64,000 nt of DNA, taken from the NCBI GenBank assembly GCA_965224245.1, contig OZ245046.1, positions 5,952,001-6,016,000 of the forward strand. Reading direction: 5' to 3'. Numbering within the stretch: position 1 is the stretch's first letter; each line of letters opens with the position of its first letter. Made by a program: the position numbers and the translations under genes. Below are positions 17,254 through 27,180 of the stretch, one piece after another. The notes beneath the pieces were generated by a model that ran no database searches, had not been told where the DNA came from, and saw only the letters and a list, made by a program, of their open reading frames with translations. The DNA comes from Candidatus Eiseniibacteriota bacterium (GTDB lineage Bacteria > Eisenbacteria > RBG-16-71-46 > CAZAMP01).

Positions 17254-18075
17254 GTGACCAGAATATTCGCCGATGGGCACGTTCATGTGTACCCCGAATA
17301 TGATCCGCGGTCGTTTGGTCGCGCTGCGGCGGCCAGGGCCGCCGAGTACGGGGGTCCGCTCCTGCTGTGTCTCGCGGATGTTCATGGGGCGAAAGCGTTT
17401 ACGGAGCTGGACGCGACGCTGTGGGAGCCCGCGGGGGAGTCTCGATCCCGGCGCATGCGGTCGGGCGTCGCCGGCGAGTCGACCGCGGGACGGGACGCCC
17501 ACCCCGTGCACGTGGTGTGCGGCCGTCAGCTCGTATCGGCCGAGGGGCTGGAGGTGCTGGCGCTGGCGCTGGACCCCACCGACCCGTTGAACGAGGAGCC
17601 CGCCCGCGAGAGAGGGGCGCGGGATCTGGCCCGGGCCGGCCTCGAGCGGGGCGCGATCGTCGTCCTGCCGTGGGGCGTCGGCAAGTGGATCGGCGCGCGC
17701 GGGCGTCTCGTCGAGCGGCTCGTCGCCGACGCGGATCTTCGGCGGCATCCGAGGTTCTTCCTCGGCGACATCGCGCATCGCATCGGGTCGTGGCCACACC
17801 CCGGCGGAGAGGAGGCCGTGCGCGTCCTGCCCGGGTCCGACGTGCTCCCGTTGCCGGGCGACGAGGCGCGTGTCGCCCGATACGGCTTCTCGATCGACGT
17901 GCGCTGGGATCCCGACCGTCCGGCCGCCGCCCTGCTCGAGGCACTGGAGGAGGGACGCGACGTCGTCCCGGTGGGTCGGCGCGAGCCGCCGTGGCGCGTC
18001 GTTCGCGATCAGCTGCGTTACCGGCGGCACCGCGCCCGCTCGCGCGGCCGGGAACGGAGGCGATCGGGTGCCTGA
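17254..18075 (+). CDS. Hypothetical protein with an N-terminal D-x-H-x-H (PHP/amidohydrolase-like) metal motif
   Basis: GGAGGAG then GTG 17254; FADGHVHVYP, EGLEVLAL, LPWGVGKW, LPGSDVLP; overlaps the next gene. Confidence 0.65.
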   Translation: MTRIFADGHVHVYPEYDPRSFGRAAAARAAEYGGPLLLCLADVHGAKAFTELDATLWEPAGESRSRRMRSGVAGESTAGRDAHPVHVVCGRQLVSAEGLEVLALALDPTDPLNEEPARERGARDLARAGLERGAIVVLPWGVGKWIGARGRLVERLVADADLRRHPRFFLGDIAHRIGSWPHPGGEEAVRVLPGSDVLPLPGDEARVARYGFSIDVRWDPDRPAAALLEALEEGRDVVPVGRREPPWRVVRDQLRYRRHRARSRGRERRRSGA

Positions 18076-19471
18076 GCGCGTGGACGTATTGATCGTCGGC
18101 GGTGGCATCCAGGGCGTCACCGCGCTCATCGAGGCGGGGCGCCGCGGACTGTCGGCGTTGCTCGTGGAGCGGGCCGACTTCGGATCGGGCGCGTCGTCGA
18201 ACTCGATGAAGATCGCGCACGGCGGCCTTCGCTACCTCCAGTCGCTGGATCTCGCGCGGAGCACGGAGTCGGTCCGCGAGCGCCGGCGATGGCTCCGGCT
18301 CGCGCCCGACCTCGTGCGCCCGCTCCCGTTCCGCATGGACCTCGGCGGACGGAGCGGCCTCTACCGGCTCGCGTTCCGGATCGGTCTCCGCGCGAACGAC
18401 GTCTTGACCGCCCACCGGAACGACGGCGTCCGTGACGACGCCCGGCTCCCGGACTCTCGCCATCCGATCTGGTACGACGCGTTCGTCACCGATACCGAGC
18501 GGCTGCTCTTCGACGTCCTGTACACGGCCACCACGCGGTTCGGGGATCGCGTCTCCGCCCGGAACTACACGTCGATCGTCGAGACCGAGCGCGCGGCCGG
18601 ACGCGTCGCGGCGGTCCGGCTCGACGACGGCACGCGTGTCGAGACGCCGTGCGTGCTGTCGTGCGTGGGTGCGCATCGGCGCAGCTCGTCCCCGATCCTG
18701 TCGATGAACCTGTGCGTGCCCCGGCTGGAACTGGTGGCCGACGGGGTCGGAATCGGCATGCGGCATCCGACCGACGGGCGAAACGTGTTCGCGGTGCCGT
18801 GGCGGGACGTCACGATCGTGGGCACGATCAACCGGCCGTATCCGTTTCCGCCCGAGGAGCCCTTCCGACTCGAGCCGTCCCGGATCGACGAGGTGCTGGC
18901 CTGGCTCCGACTGGTACACCCCGAGCTCGCCGCGCTCGACCGGCGCGACGTGCGCTTCGTGCATGCGGGCATCCTGCCCGGCGGCGGTCGGGGTGACGAC
19001 CCGTCGGACGATGCGAGCGTGGAGGATGCCGGCGACGGGCGTGTCGAGGTGTCCGGCGTGAAGTGGACGACCGCGTGGGCGGTGTCCGAGCGGGCGTTGG
19101 ATCTCGTGTGTCGCCGGCTGGGACACCGCGGTGCCGCGGATCCGGTGATCGACCTGGTGGACGTGCACGAGGCTCGGCAGGCCGCGGTCGGCCCCGCGGC
19201 CGCGGGGCCCGACGAGGACCCCTCGCCGGCCGATCTGCGCTTCCTGGTCGACTCGCTCTGGGCCCGGACCCTCTCGGACGTGCTCCTCCGGCGGCTGCCC
19301 ATCGCCACCACGGGCCATCCGGGGCGGGCCCGCGTCGAGGCGATCGCGCGCGATCTCGCGGCGTGCCGGGGCTGGTCGGATGCCGCCCGCGAGGCGGAGA
19401 TCGCCGCGTTCGACGCCGAGCCTCGCTTCGCCGGGAACACCGGCGATCCGGCGGCCGCATCGCACCCCTGA
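18068..19471 (+). CDS. FAD-dependent oxidoreductase, glycerol-3-phosphate dehydrogenase (GlpD)-like
   Basis: DVLIVGGGIQG; ERADFGSGASSNSMKIAHGGLRYL; GVKWTTA; ARTLSDVLLRR. Confidence 0.85.
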   Translation: MPERVDVLIVGGGIQGVTALIEAGRRGLSALLVERADFGSGASSNSMKIAHGGLRYLQSLDLARSTESVRERRRWLRLAPDLVRPLPFRMDLGGRSGLYRLAFRIGLRANDVLTAHRNDGVRDDARLPDSRHPIWYDAFVTDTERLLFDVLYTATTRFGDRVSARNYTSIVETERAAGRVAAVRLDDGTRVETPCVLSCVGAHRRSSSPILSMNLCVPRLELVADGVGIGMRHPTDGRNVFAVPWRDVTIVGTINRPYPFPPEEPFRLEPSRIDEVLAWLRLVHPELAALDRRDVRFVHAGILPGGGRGDDPSDDASVEDAGDGRVEVSGVKWTTAWAVSERALDLVCRRLGHRGAADPVIDLVDVHEARQAAVGPAAAGPDEDPSPADLRFLVDSLWARTLSDVLLRRLPIATTGHPGRARVEAIARDLAACRGWSDAAREAEIAAFDAEPRFAGNTGDPAAASHP

Positions 19472-19531
19472 CAACACCCGCGCGCGGTGCGTAGAATGTC
19501 GGGCCGATACTCGAGACCCGAGGAGACCGTC

Positions 19532-20857
19532 ATGTCCGCACCGTCCGTGAGTGCCCACTTCGAGAGCCGAGCGCCGTCGGTCATCCGGCTCGCCCAGATC
19601 CGATTCGCGGCCCGAGACGACGGCACCCGCGCGATCAACGTGGCGATCGGCAACGTCTCGCTGCCGATGCACCCGGCCATGCGCGCGCGGCTGACCGCTG
19701 CGGGGACCCCCGGGCACGCCTTCGCCGACGGACGGGTCATGTACACCGAGACCGTCGGGACCGCCGAGGCCAACCGGGCGGTGCTGAACGTGATCGCGGC
19801 CAGCGGGCTCGACACGCGGTCGCTCCGCACGCAGATCACCGACGGCGGCTCCCAGGCCATGGAGCTCGTGATCGTGGGGCTGTGCGGGCCGGCGGGGTCC
19901 CGCGAGCGTCCGCTCCTGGTCATCGACGCGGCCTACACGAACTACACCGCGTTCGCGGCACGCCTCGGACGTCGGACCGTGTCGATCCGCCGGTCGCTCT
20001 CGCCGTCGGGCAAGTTCTCGCTGCCGCCGCTCGACGAGATCGAGCGGGTGATGGACGACGAGAAGCCCGGCGCGATGGTCGTGATCCCGTACGACAACCC
20101 GACCGGCCACTACTACGATCGAGAGACGATGCTCTCGCTGGCGAGACTGTGCGTGACCCACGACGTCTGGATGGTCAGCGACGAGGCATACCGGGAGCTC
20201 TACTACGTCGGCGGTCCGCCCACGAGCATCTGGAGCATCACCGACGCCGACGTACCCGGGATCGAGGGACGCCGCGTCAGCATCGAGACCACGTCGAAGG
20301 TGTGGAACGCGTGCGGCCTCCGCATCGGCGCATTGGTGACCGACAACCCGACGCTGCACACGCGCGCGGTGGCCGAGAACACGGCCAGCCTGTGTCCGAA
20401 CGCGATCGGTCAGCACATCTTCGGTGCGCTGGCCGAGGAAACGCACGAGGACCTCCAGGCCTGGTTCGCGTCCCAGCGATCGTACTACGCGGACATGCTC
20501 GCGGGCTGCCACGCCGACATGACCGCGGCCGTGCCCGGGATCATCATGTCGAGCCCCGATGCGTCCATCTACTCGGTGGTCGACGTCCGTGACGTCGTCG
20601 ACGATCGCTTCGACGCGCTCGACTTCGTCCTGTACTGCGCCGAGTCGGGTCGCCTCGACGTGGACGGCGTCCCGACGACGCTCCTGACTGCACCCATGGC
20701 GGGGTTCTACTCGGTGCCGCCGGGGACGCCCAACCCGGGGCGCACGCAGATGCGGATCGCGTACGTGGTGCCGCCGGCCGACATGCGCAAGGTGCCGGCG
20801 CTCTTCGCGGGGCTGCTCGAGGCATACCTGGCCAGGCGGGGCCGCGGTACGGCGTAG
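19532..20857 (+). CDS. PLP-dependent aminotransferase class I/II
   Basis: TDGGSQA, PYDNPTG, SDEAY, TSKVWNACGLRIG (PLP lysine), MRIAY; AGGAG RBS. Confidence 0.9.
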   Translation: MSAPSVSAHFESRAPSVIRLAQIRFAARDDGTRAINVAIGNVSLPMHPAMRARLTAAGTPGHAFADGRVMYTETVGTAEANRAVLNVIAASGLDTRSLRTQITDGGSQAMELVIVGLCGPAGSRERPLLVIDAAYTNYTAFAARLGRRTVSIRRSLSPSGKFSLPPLDEIERVMDDEKPGAMVVIPYDNPTGHYYDRETMLSLARLCVTHDVWMVSDEAYRELYYVGGPPTSIWSITDADVPGIEGRRVSIETTSKVWNACGLRIGALVTDNPTLHTRAVAENTASLCPNAIGQHIFGALAEETHEDLQAWFASQRSYYADMLAGCHADMTAAVPGIIMSSPDASIYSVVDVRDVVDDRFDALDFVLYCAESGRLDVDGVPTTLLTAPMAGFYSVPPGTPNPGRTQMRIAYVVPPADMRKVPALFAGLLEAYLARRGRGTA

Positions 20858-20956
20858 CAACGGCTCCTCCACCGCGTCGGCGCCGTGCTACCATCCCGGG
20901 TCGTAAAGCCAATTTTCTGGTTACGATCGGTAAGCCGATCATGTGAGGAGATCCCG

Positions 20957-21430
20957 ATGATTCCCGTAACCGCGAAGCGAGTCGCGGCGGTCCTGGCCGT
21001 CGGCGCCGGAGTGCTGGTCCATCATGCCTGCGGGGGTGGGAAAGAGGAGCCGCCCGTGGATCTCGGCGAGCCGGAGAGCTACCGCGTCACGCTGATCGTG
21101 CACGACGTCGCCGGCTCGAATCTGTGCGAGAACATCCAGATAGAGGCCAGCGTCACGGGGAGGACCTTCGAGGACGTGCCCTACTCGGCACGCAATGCGT
21201 GCGACGTCGAGTTCGAGGCGTGCGAGTTCTCAAAGGTATGGAGCAGCGTCGAGGTGCCCTCCGGCAGCATGATGACCATCGAGGTGAGAGCCACCGAGGC
21301 GGGCGAGGAGCTCTGGTCTCTCGACGACACCGTCACGCCCACCGCGAACATGACCCTGTGCTACGAGCGTCCCGAATCCGCTCGGGATCTCGGGCACTCG
21401 GGGTGCTGGAACGAGCATGGCTGTCCCTAG
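20957..21430 (+). CDS. Cys-rich secreted protein or lipoprotein, function unknown
   Basis: GAGGAG then ATG 20957; KR + hydrophobic stretch + VHHAC|GGG; six further Cys. Confidence 0.65.
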   Translation: MIPVTAKRVAAVLAVGAGVLVHHACGGGKEEPPVDLGEPESYRVTLIVHDVAGSNLCENIQIEASVTGRTFEDVPYSARNACDVEFEACEFSKVWSSVEVPSGSMMTIEVRATEAGEELWSLDDTVTPTANMTLCYERPESARDLGHSGCWNEHGCP

Positions 21431-21442
21431 ACGGGGAGTCGT

Positions 21443-22285
21443 GTGTGTGATCCCCGTGTGAACCCGTACCTCGTCGATCTGGGAACGGTCGCCGTGCCCG
21501 GCGTGGGCGAGATCCGTCTCTGTCTGCCGGCCTACGGCACGCTGTTGATGACGGCTCTCCTCGTCGGTCGTTGGTGGTTCCTGCGATCGATCCGGCGTGC
21601 GGGGTTGGATGAGCACCGCGCGCGTCGGATCGTCGTCGCCTCCCTGGTGGCCGCCCTCCTCGGCGCGAAGGTCCAGCCCCTCCTCACGGAGATACCCGCA
21701 CTCACGCGCGATCCCGGATCGCTGGCGTCGCTCGACCATCTCCTGACCGGCGGCTCGGTCTGGGCGGGCGTCGTGACCGGCATCGCCGTCATGGCGTGGC
21801 TTTCCCGCCGGTACGGGCTGGGTGCGCTGCGAGTGCTGGACCTCGCTGCGGTTCCGCTTCCCGTCTGCCAGGCGCTGGGCAGACTCGGTTGTCTCCTCGC
21901 GGGCTGTTGCTACGGAGCGCCCTGCGAGGTTCCCTGGGGGATCACGTACCGGTCGGCGACCGCCCACGCCTTGACCGGAGTGCCGCTCGGCGTTCGCGTT
22001 CACCCGAGCCCCGTCTACGATGCGCTCTGGTCGCTCGGCATCGTGCTTCCCGGGGTGATTCTCGCGCGACGGCTCGGGGGGCGGGCGGGGATCACCACCG
22101 CGGTCTACGTCTCGCTCTACTCGCTCGGACGCCTGCTGCTGGAGACGGTGCGCGGTGATCCGGGGCGTGGAGCGTGGATCGGCATCCTCTCGACGAGCCA
22201 GGTGATCTCGATCGGGGGACTCGCATCGGCAGCCGTGCTCGTCGTGGTGATTCGGAGCTCCCTGGTGTCGCCGGCGAACCGTTGA
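21443..22285 (+). CDS. lgt: Prolipoprotein diacylglyceryl transferase (Lgt) family protein
   Basis: AYG, LGAK, LGRLGCLLAGCCYG, PWGITY, HPSPVY, GRLLLETVRGD, STSQVIS; multi-TM. Confidence 0.88.
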   Translation: MCDPRVNPYLVDLGTVAVPGVGEIRLCLPAYGTLLMTALLVGRWWFLRSIRRAGLDEHRARRIVVASLVAALLGAKVQPLLTEIPALTRDPGSLASLDHLLTGGSVWAGVVTGIAVMAWLSRRYGLGALRVLDLAAVPLPVCQALGRLGCLLAGCCYGAPCEVPWGITYRSATAHALTGVPLGVRVHPSPVYDALWSLGIVLPGVILARRLGGRAGITTAVYVSLYSLGRLLLETVRGDPGRGAWIGILSTSQVISIGGLASAAVLVVVIRSSLVSPANR

Positions 22286-22435
22286 GGCAACGCGAATCCG
22301 CGCGCACGGTTCTCAGCGCCGAGATGAACGAGACGCTCTCGCGGCGATCCCGTCCTCGTTCGAATGGGTGGGTGATGGCTCTGGAGTATGAGAGGATCCC
22401 GGCGTTGGACCGATTCCATCTCACCGAGGGAGCCA

Positions 22436-23617
22436 ATGTCACTACCGTCCACCCACGCCGCGTCCGGCGTGACGTGGCCGGTCACCACCACCGTGGGGGC
22501 CGGGCTGCGCGGCGCCATCGCGACCACGAGTCGCGTCGCCTGGCTCGACCCGTCGGGGCGGCTCCTCTATCGCGGCGTGCCGATCGAGTCGCTCGTTCAC
22601 GGTCCGAGCTTCGAGGAGATCGCGTTTCTCCTCCTGTGCGGCCGCCGACGCACCGACGACCCGTCCGGATGGTCACGATTTCGCGAGGATCTGCGCGAGA
22701 CGATGGTCATTCCCGATCGCGTCCGCTCGCTGATCATCGCGATGGGGCGGGACGCGGCTCCCCTCGATCGACTGCGCGCCGGCGTCTCCGAGCTCGGCGC
22801 GATCGGCGGCGCCGAGCGTGAGGAGACGTCGTCGCGTCTACTCGGTCGTCTCGCCGCGCTCCTGATCGGGATCGCCGCCGACGAGCGGGGCCTGGGGCTC
22901 CGGATCTCGACCGGCCGTGCCACGATCAGCGAGCGCTTCCTCCACGAGATCCTGGGCGCGCGTCCGGACACGACCGCGCTGGCCGCCCTCGATACGACCC
23001 TGATCGCGTATGCCGACGACGGCCTCGCCCCGCAGACCTTCGCCACGCTGGTCGTGGCCAGCTGCCTCGGCGATCGGTGCTCCGCGCTCGTGGCCGGACT
23101 CAGCGCGGCCAGCGGCTCCCGCGCGTCCGGGGCCGCGGTCACGCTGGCCGAGGCGATCGCCGGCCTGGGCGGCGCCTCCGAGGTCGAGGCGTGGATCGAC
23201 GGAATCCTCGCGCGCGGCGAGCGACTCCCCGGCTTCGGTCACCGGGTCTTCGGCGCGCGCGATCCACGGCTCTCCTTGCTGCGCGGGGCGGCCGAGCGGC
23301 TCGTGGAGCGCGGCGTGACCGCGTTCGATCGCGACGAGGGGCGGCGGATGCTGGACGTCGCGCGCGCCCTCGAGACGGTCGGGACGTCTCGACTGGAGTC
23401 GCGGGGGATCGGCGCGAACGCCCACATCTATGGCGCGCTCGTCCTCTCGCTCCTGGGCGTCCGGCCGCGCGTCATCCCCTTCATGGTCGCGTTCGCGCGC
23501 TTCGCCGGGGCGCTGGCCCGCGTCGACGAGTACCTCTCGCACAACCGGATCTTCCGCCCGCTGGACCGGTACACCGGGCTCGATGCGCGTCCGTTCGCGC
23601 CCCTGGAGGCGCGTTGA
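22436..23617 (+). CDS. Citrate-synthase-fold protein 1, catalytic His/Asp substituted
   Basis: GRLLYRG, SFEEIAFLLL, GFGHRVF..RDPR and NRIFRP..YTG. However AEH>ADD, GPLHGGA>GSRASGA and NVDF>NAHI. Confidence 0.85.
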   Translation: MSLPSTHAASGVTWPVTTTVGAGLRGAIATTSRVAWLDPSGRLLYRGVPIESLVHGPSFEEIAFLLLCGRRRTDDPSGWSRFREDLRETMVIPDRVRSLIIAMGRDAAPLDRLRAGVSELGAIGGAEREETSSRLLGRLAALLIGIAADERGLGLRISTGRATISERFLHEILGARPDTTALAALDTTLIAYADDGLAPQTFATLVVASCLGDRCSALVAGLSAASGSRASGAAVTLAEAIAGLGGASEVEAWIDGILARGERLPGFGHRVFGARDPRLSLLRGAAERLVERGVTAFDRDEGRRMLDVARALETVGTSRLESRGIGANAHIYGALVLSLLGVRPRVIPFMVAFARFAGALARVDEYLSHNRIFRPLDRYTGLDARPFAPLEAR

Positions 23618-24747
23618 GGCCGGGTGACTGGCAGCCCGGCCGCCAGACGTACGAGCGGGGGCTGGCCGATCTCGTGATCGGAGACAGCTCGATCAGCCGC
23701 ATCGACGGCGCGAACGGCCGACTCTGGTATCGCGGTTACGCCATCGAGGACCTGGCCGCGCACGCGAGCTTCGAGGAGGTCAGCTACCTGATCCTCGAGG
23801 GGGAGCTTCCGGACGCGCCGGCGCTCGCCGCATGGCGAGACGAGCTCGCCGGGTGGCGTGAGCTGCCGGAGGAGGCTCTGAAGGCGATCGCCGCGCTGCC
23901 GTTCGGACACGATCCGTTCGATGGGTTCCAGACCGCCATGGCCGTCGCCGCGTCGGTGGCCCCCGAGCGCGACGCGCGCGATCCGGTGGTGCTTCGCCGA
24001 CACGCGGCGCGGATCCTGACCTGGACCGCCGGACTCGCGGCGGCGTGCATTCGGAAGCTCCGCGGCCAGTCGCCGGTGTCGCCACGCGAGGACCTCGACT
24101 ACACATCCCACTTCCTGTGGCTCGCGAACGGACGGGAGCCCGACGACGTCGAGCGGAGCGCGCTCGAGGTGACGATGATCGTGAAGGCCGAGCACGGCGT
24201 TCACGCCGCCGCGCTCACCGCGCTCGTGGTGGCCTCGGCCGGCGCCGATCTCGACAGCGCGGTGCTGGCCGGCATCGGCGCGCTCTCGGGCTCGCTCCAC
24301 GCCGGCGCGAACCGGGCCGCGTACCGCATGGTCCTCGAGCGACGCGATCCAGACGACGCACGGACGTGGGCACGCGCGCGACTGGCCGAGCGGTACCGCT
24401 TTCCGGGCTACGGTCACCGCGTATACAAGAGCCACGACCCGCGGGCGATGCTGATGGCGCCCCACGCCGAGCGACTCCTCGCGCGCGCCGGCCGTGCCGA
24501 CGAGTGGGCGCGTTTCGTCGCCATGCGCGACGAGATCGAGACCGCGCTCGGGCCTCGCGGTATCCGCGGGAACGTGGACGCGCTGACCGGCTTCATCTAC
24601 GAGCCCCTCGGGCTGCCCGAGGAGGCGTTCACGATTCCGTTCTGTCTGGCCATCCAGACCGGCTGGATGGCGCACTGCCTCGAGTACCTCGAGCACCTGG
24701 GGCCGGTGATCGAGCCCACGTCGCTGTACCTCGAGGAGCCCTCCTGA
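23614..24747 (+). CDS. Citrate-synthase-fold protein 2, catalytic residues intact but substrate arginines substituted
   Basis: TTG start overlapping the upstream stop (TTGA). GRLWYRGY, KAEHG, GSLHAGAN, GYGHRVYKSHDPR and NVDA. ARxxGW>AIQTGW and IRP>IEP. Confidence 0.88.
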   Translation: MRPGDWQPGRQTYERGLADLVIGDSSISRIDGANGRLWYRGYAIEDLAAHASFEEVSYLILEGELPDAPALAAWRDELAGWRELPEEALKAIAALPFGHDPFDGFQTAMAVAASVAPERDARDPVVLRRHAARILTWTAGLAAACIRKLRGQSPVSPREDLDYTSHFLWLANGREPDDVERSALEVTMIVKAEHGVHAAALTALVVASAGADLDSAVLAGIGALSGSLHAGANRAAYRMVLERRDPDDARTWARARLAERYRFPGYGHRVYKSHDPRAMLMAPHAERLLARAGRADEWARFVAMRDEIETALGPRGIRGNVDALTGFIYEPLGLPEEAFTIPFCLAIQTGWMAHCLEYLEHLGPVIEPTSLYLEEPS

Positions 24748-24921
24748 CGCCGGACACCCTCGCGGTCGTACGGTCCTGCCTTCCTCGCCACCGCCTCCCG
24801 ATCGAGCCGGGTACGTAGAACCCACGACTGCGCCGGGTGCGATCACACCCGTATCCTCGGCTCGGGAATCTGTCCGAACGCAAACCGTCCGTACGTGGAG
24901 GATCAGGACAAGGAGAGACCC

Positions 24922-25971
24922 ATGGTTGGCATCGTCGGCTACGGCGCGGACATGCCGCGCTACCGGATCAAGGTGGAAGAGATCGCCAAGGTCTGGGGAG
25001 CCGATGCCGCGGCATTCAAGCGCGGGCTGCGGCTACAGGAGAAGTCCGTGCCGGCGCCGGATCAGGACGTGATCACGATGTCGGTGGAGGCCGCGCGCCG
25101 CGCGATCCGTCGGGCCGCGATCGATCCCCAGAAGATCGGGGCGCTGTACATCGGATCCGAGTCACACCCCTACGCCGTGAAGCCCAGCGGCACCGTCGTC
25201 GCCGAGGCCATCGGCGCCACCCCGGACGTTCACACCGCCGACTACGAGTTCGCGTGCAAGGCGGGATCCGAGGGGATGTTCGTGGCCGCGAGCCTCGTCG
25301 AGGCGGGGGCCGTCGAGTACGCGGTGGGCATCGGGGCCGACACGTCCCAGGGCGCGCCGGGTGACGCGCTCGAGTACACGGCTTCGGCCGGCGCCGCGGC
25401 GTTCATCTTCGGCTCCGAGCACGTCGTGGCCAGCGTGGACGCGACGCACAGCTTCATGACCGACACCCCGGACTTCTGGCGGCGCGAGCATCAGTTCTAC
25501 CCGCGCCACGCCGGGCGCTTCACCGGCGAGCCGGCGTACTTCAAGCACGTCCGGGGCTGCGCGACCGCGCTCCTCGACAAGACCGGCACCCGGCCCGAGG
25601 ACTTCCGGTGGGCGGTGTTTCACCAGCCCAACGGCAAGTTCCCGATGGCGGTCGGGAAGTCGCTCGGCTTCACCACCGAGCAGATCGAGCAGGGCTGGCT
25701 CGTGCCGCTCCTCGGCAACACGTACTCGGGCTCGTCCCCGATGGGTCTCACGGCGGTCCTCGACGAGGCGTCGCCGGGTGATCGCATCTTCATGGTCTCG
25801 TACGGATCCGGCGCCGGAAGCGACGGCTTCGTGTTCACGGTGACCGACGAGATCGAGCGCGTGCGACCGCGCGCTGAGAAGACACGCGACCTGTTGACGT
25901 CGAATCGCCGGCACCTCGAGTACGGCGAGTACGCGAAGTTCCGCGAGAAGATCCGCAAGCTCCAGGTGTGA
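24922..25971 (+). CDS. mvaS: Archaeal-type hydroxymethylglutaryl-CoA synthase
   Basis: MVGIVGYG, GSESHPYAVKP (Glu), EFACKAG (Cys), DTPDFWRR, FHQPNGKFP (His), GNTYSG, SYGSGAGSD; AAGGAG RBS. Confidence 0.92.
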   Translation: MVGIVGYGADMPRYRIKVEEIAKVWGADAAAFKRGLRLQEKSVPAPDQDVITMSVEAARRAIRRAAIDPQKIGALYIGSESHPYAVKPSGTVVAEAIGATPDVHTADYEFACKAGSEGMFVAASLVEAGAVEYAVGIGADTSQGAPGDALEYTASAGAAAFIFGSEHVVASVDATHSFMTDTPDFWRREHQFYPRHAGRFTGEPAYFKHVRGCATALLDKTGTRPEDFRWAVFHQPNGKFPMAVGKSLGFTTEQIEQGWLVPLLGNTYSGSSPMGLTAVLDEASPGDRIFMVSYGSGAGSDGFVFTVTDEIERVRPRAEKTRDLLTSNRRHLEYGEYAKFREKIRKLQV

Positions 25972-26022
25972 GCGCGTGCCCCTCGCGGGGTGACGCCGGC
26001 GATTTTGGCAAGGAGTACCGTC

Positions 26023-27180
26023 ATGAGAGATGTCGCCGTCATCGGTGTCGGCATGCGGAAGTGGGGCGAGCTGTGGGAGGAGTCCCTCCGGCAGATGTTC
26101 ACCCGCACCGCGCTCGACGCCCTCGACGATGCCGGCGTCGATCACATCGACGCCATGTACGTGGGATGCATGTCCTCGGGTCTGTTCGTCGGTCAGGAGC
26201 ACCTGTCCTCGGTGCTGAGTGACTACCTCGGATGCAATCCGATCCCGGCGCTGCGGGTGGAGGCCGCCTGTGCATCGGGTGGGATGGCCGTCCGCCAGGC
26301 GATCCTCGACGTCGCGAGCGGCGCCAGCGAGATCGTCCTGGCCGGCGGGGTCGAGAAGATGACCGACGTGGACGGTGGCGGCGCGACGTTCGCGCTGGCC
26401 ACGGCCGCCGACCAGGAGTACGAGGCCTACAACGGCATCACGTTCCCGGGTCTGTACGCGCTGATGGCTCGTGCCCACATGGAGCGCTACGGCACGACGC
26501 GCGACCAGCTCAGCGCGGTCGCGGTCAAGAACCACGCGAACGGGGCCCTCAACCCGCACGCGCAGTTCCCGACCCCGATCACGCCGGAGACGGTGTCGTC
26601 GTCGGTCATGGTCGCCGACCCGCTCCGGCTGTTCGACTGCTCGCCGATCACCGACGGCGCGGCCGCCGTCGTGGTGTGTCCGCTGGATCGGGCCGCCAAG
26701 CTCGGGAAGGGAACACCGGTCCGCGTGACCGGGATGGGGGCGGCCAGCGATACGATCGCACTCCACGACCGTTCCGACCTCACCGAGATCGCGTCGACGC
26801 AGCGGGCGGCCGAGATGGCCTACGGCATGTCGGGAAAGGGACCGGGAGACCTCGATCTCGTCGAGGTGCACGACTGCTTCACGATCGCCGAGCTCATGGT
26901 CGTCGAGGCGCTCGGGCTCGTGGATCGAGGCCACGGTGGACCCGCGACCCTCGCCGGTGAGACGAGCCGGGATGGCCGGATCCCCGTGAACCCCAGCGGT
27001 GGGCTCAAGTCGAAGGGACACCCGGTCGGGGCGACGGGCGTGGCGCAGATCGTCGAGCTCGCCACGCAGCTCCGCGGTGATGCCGGCGATCGACAGATCG
27101 CGAACGTACGGTGCGCGCTGGCGCAGAACATGGGCGGCACCGGAGGAACCTCCGTGGTGCACATCCTGGAGGTGGTGTGA
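26023..27180 (+). CDS. Archaeal/SCP2-type acetyl-CoA acetyltransferase (thiolase)
   Basis: [55 protein letters not shown]. Confidence 0.92.
   Translation: MRDVAVIGVGMRKWGELWEESLRQMFTRTALDALDDAGVDHIDAMYVGCMSSGLFVGQEHLSSVLSDYLGCNPIPALRVEAACASGGMAVRQAILDVASGASEIVLAGGVEKMTDVDGGGATFALATAADQEYEAYNGITFPGLYALMARAHMERYGTTRDQLSAVAVKNHANGALNPHAQFPTPITPETVSSSVMVADPLRLFDCSPITDGAAAVVVCPLDRAAKLGKGTPVRVTGMGAASDTIALHDRSDLTEIASTQRAAEMAYGMSGKGPGDLDLVEVHDCFTIAELMVVEALGLVDRGHGGPATLAGETSRDGRIPVNPSGGLKSKGHPVGATGVAQIVELATQLRGDAGDRQIANVRCALAQNMGGTGGTSVVHILEVV

Noticed and set aside
22286-22435. Possible riboswitch/ncRNA in leaders before the CS-like pair and HMGCS (24748-24921)
   Set aside because: No recognisable aptamer consensus or terminator by eye; an Rfam/Infernal scan would be needed.
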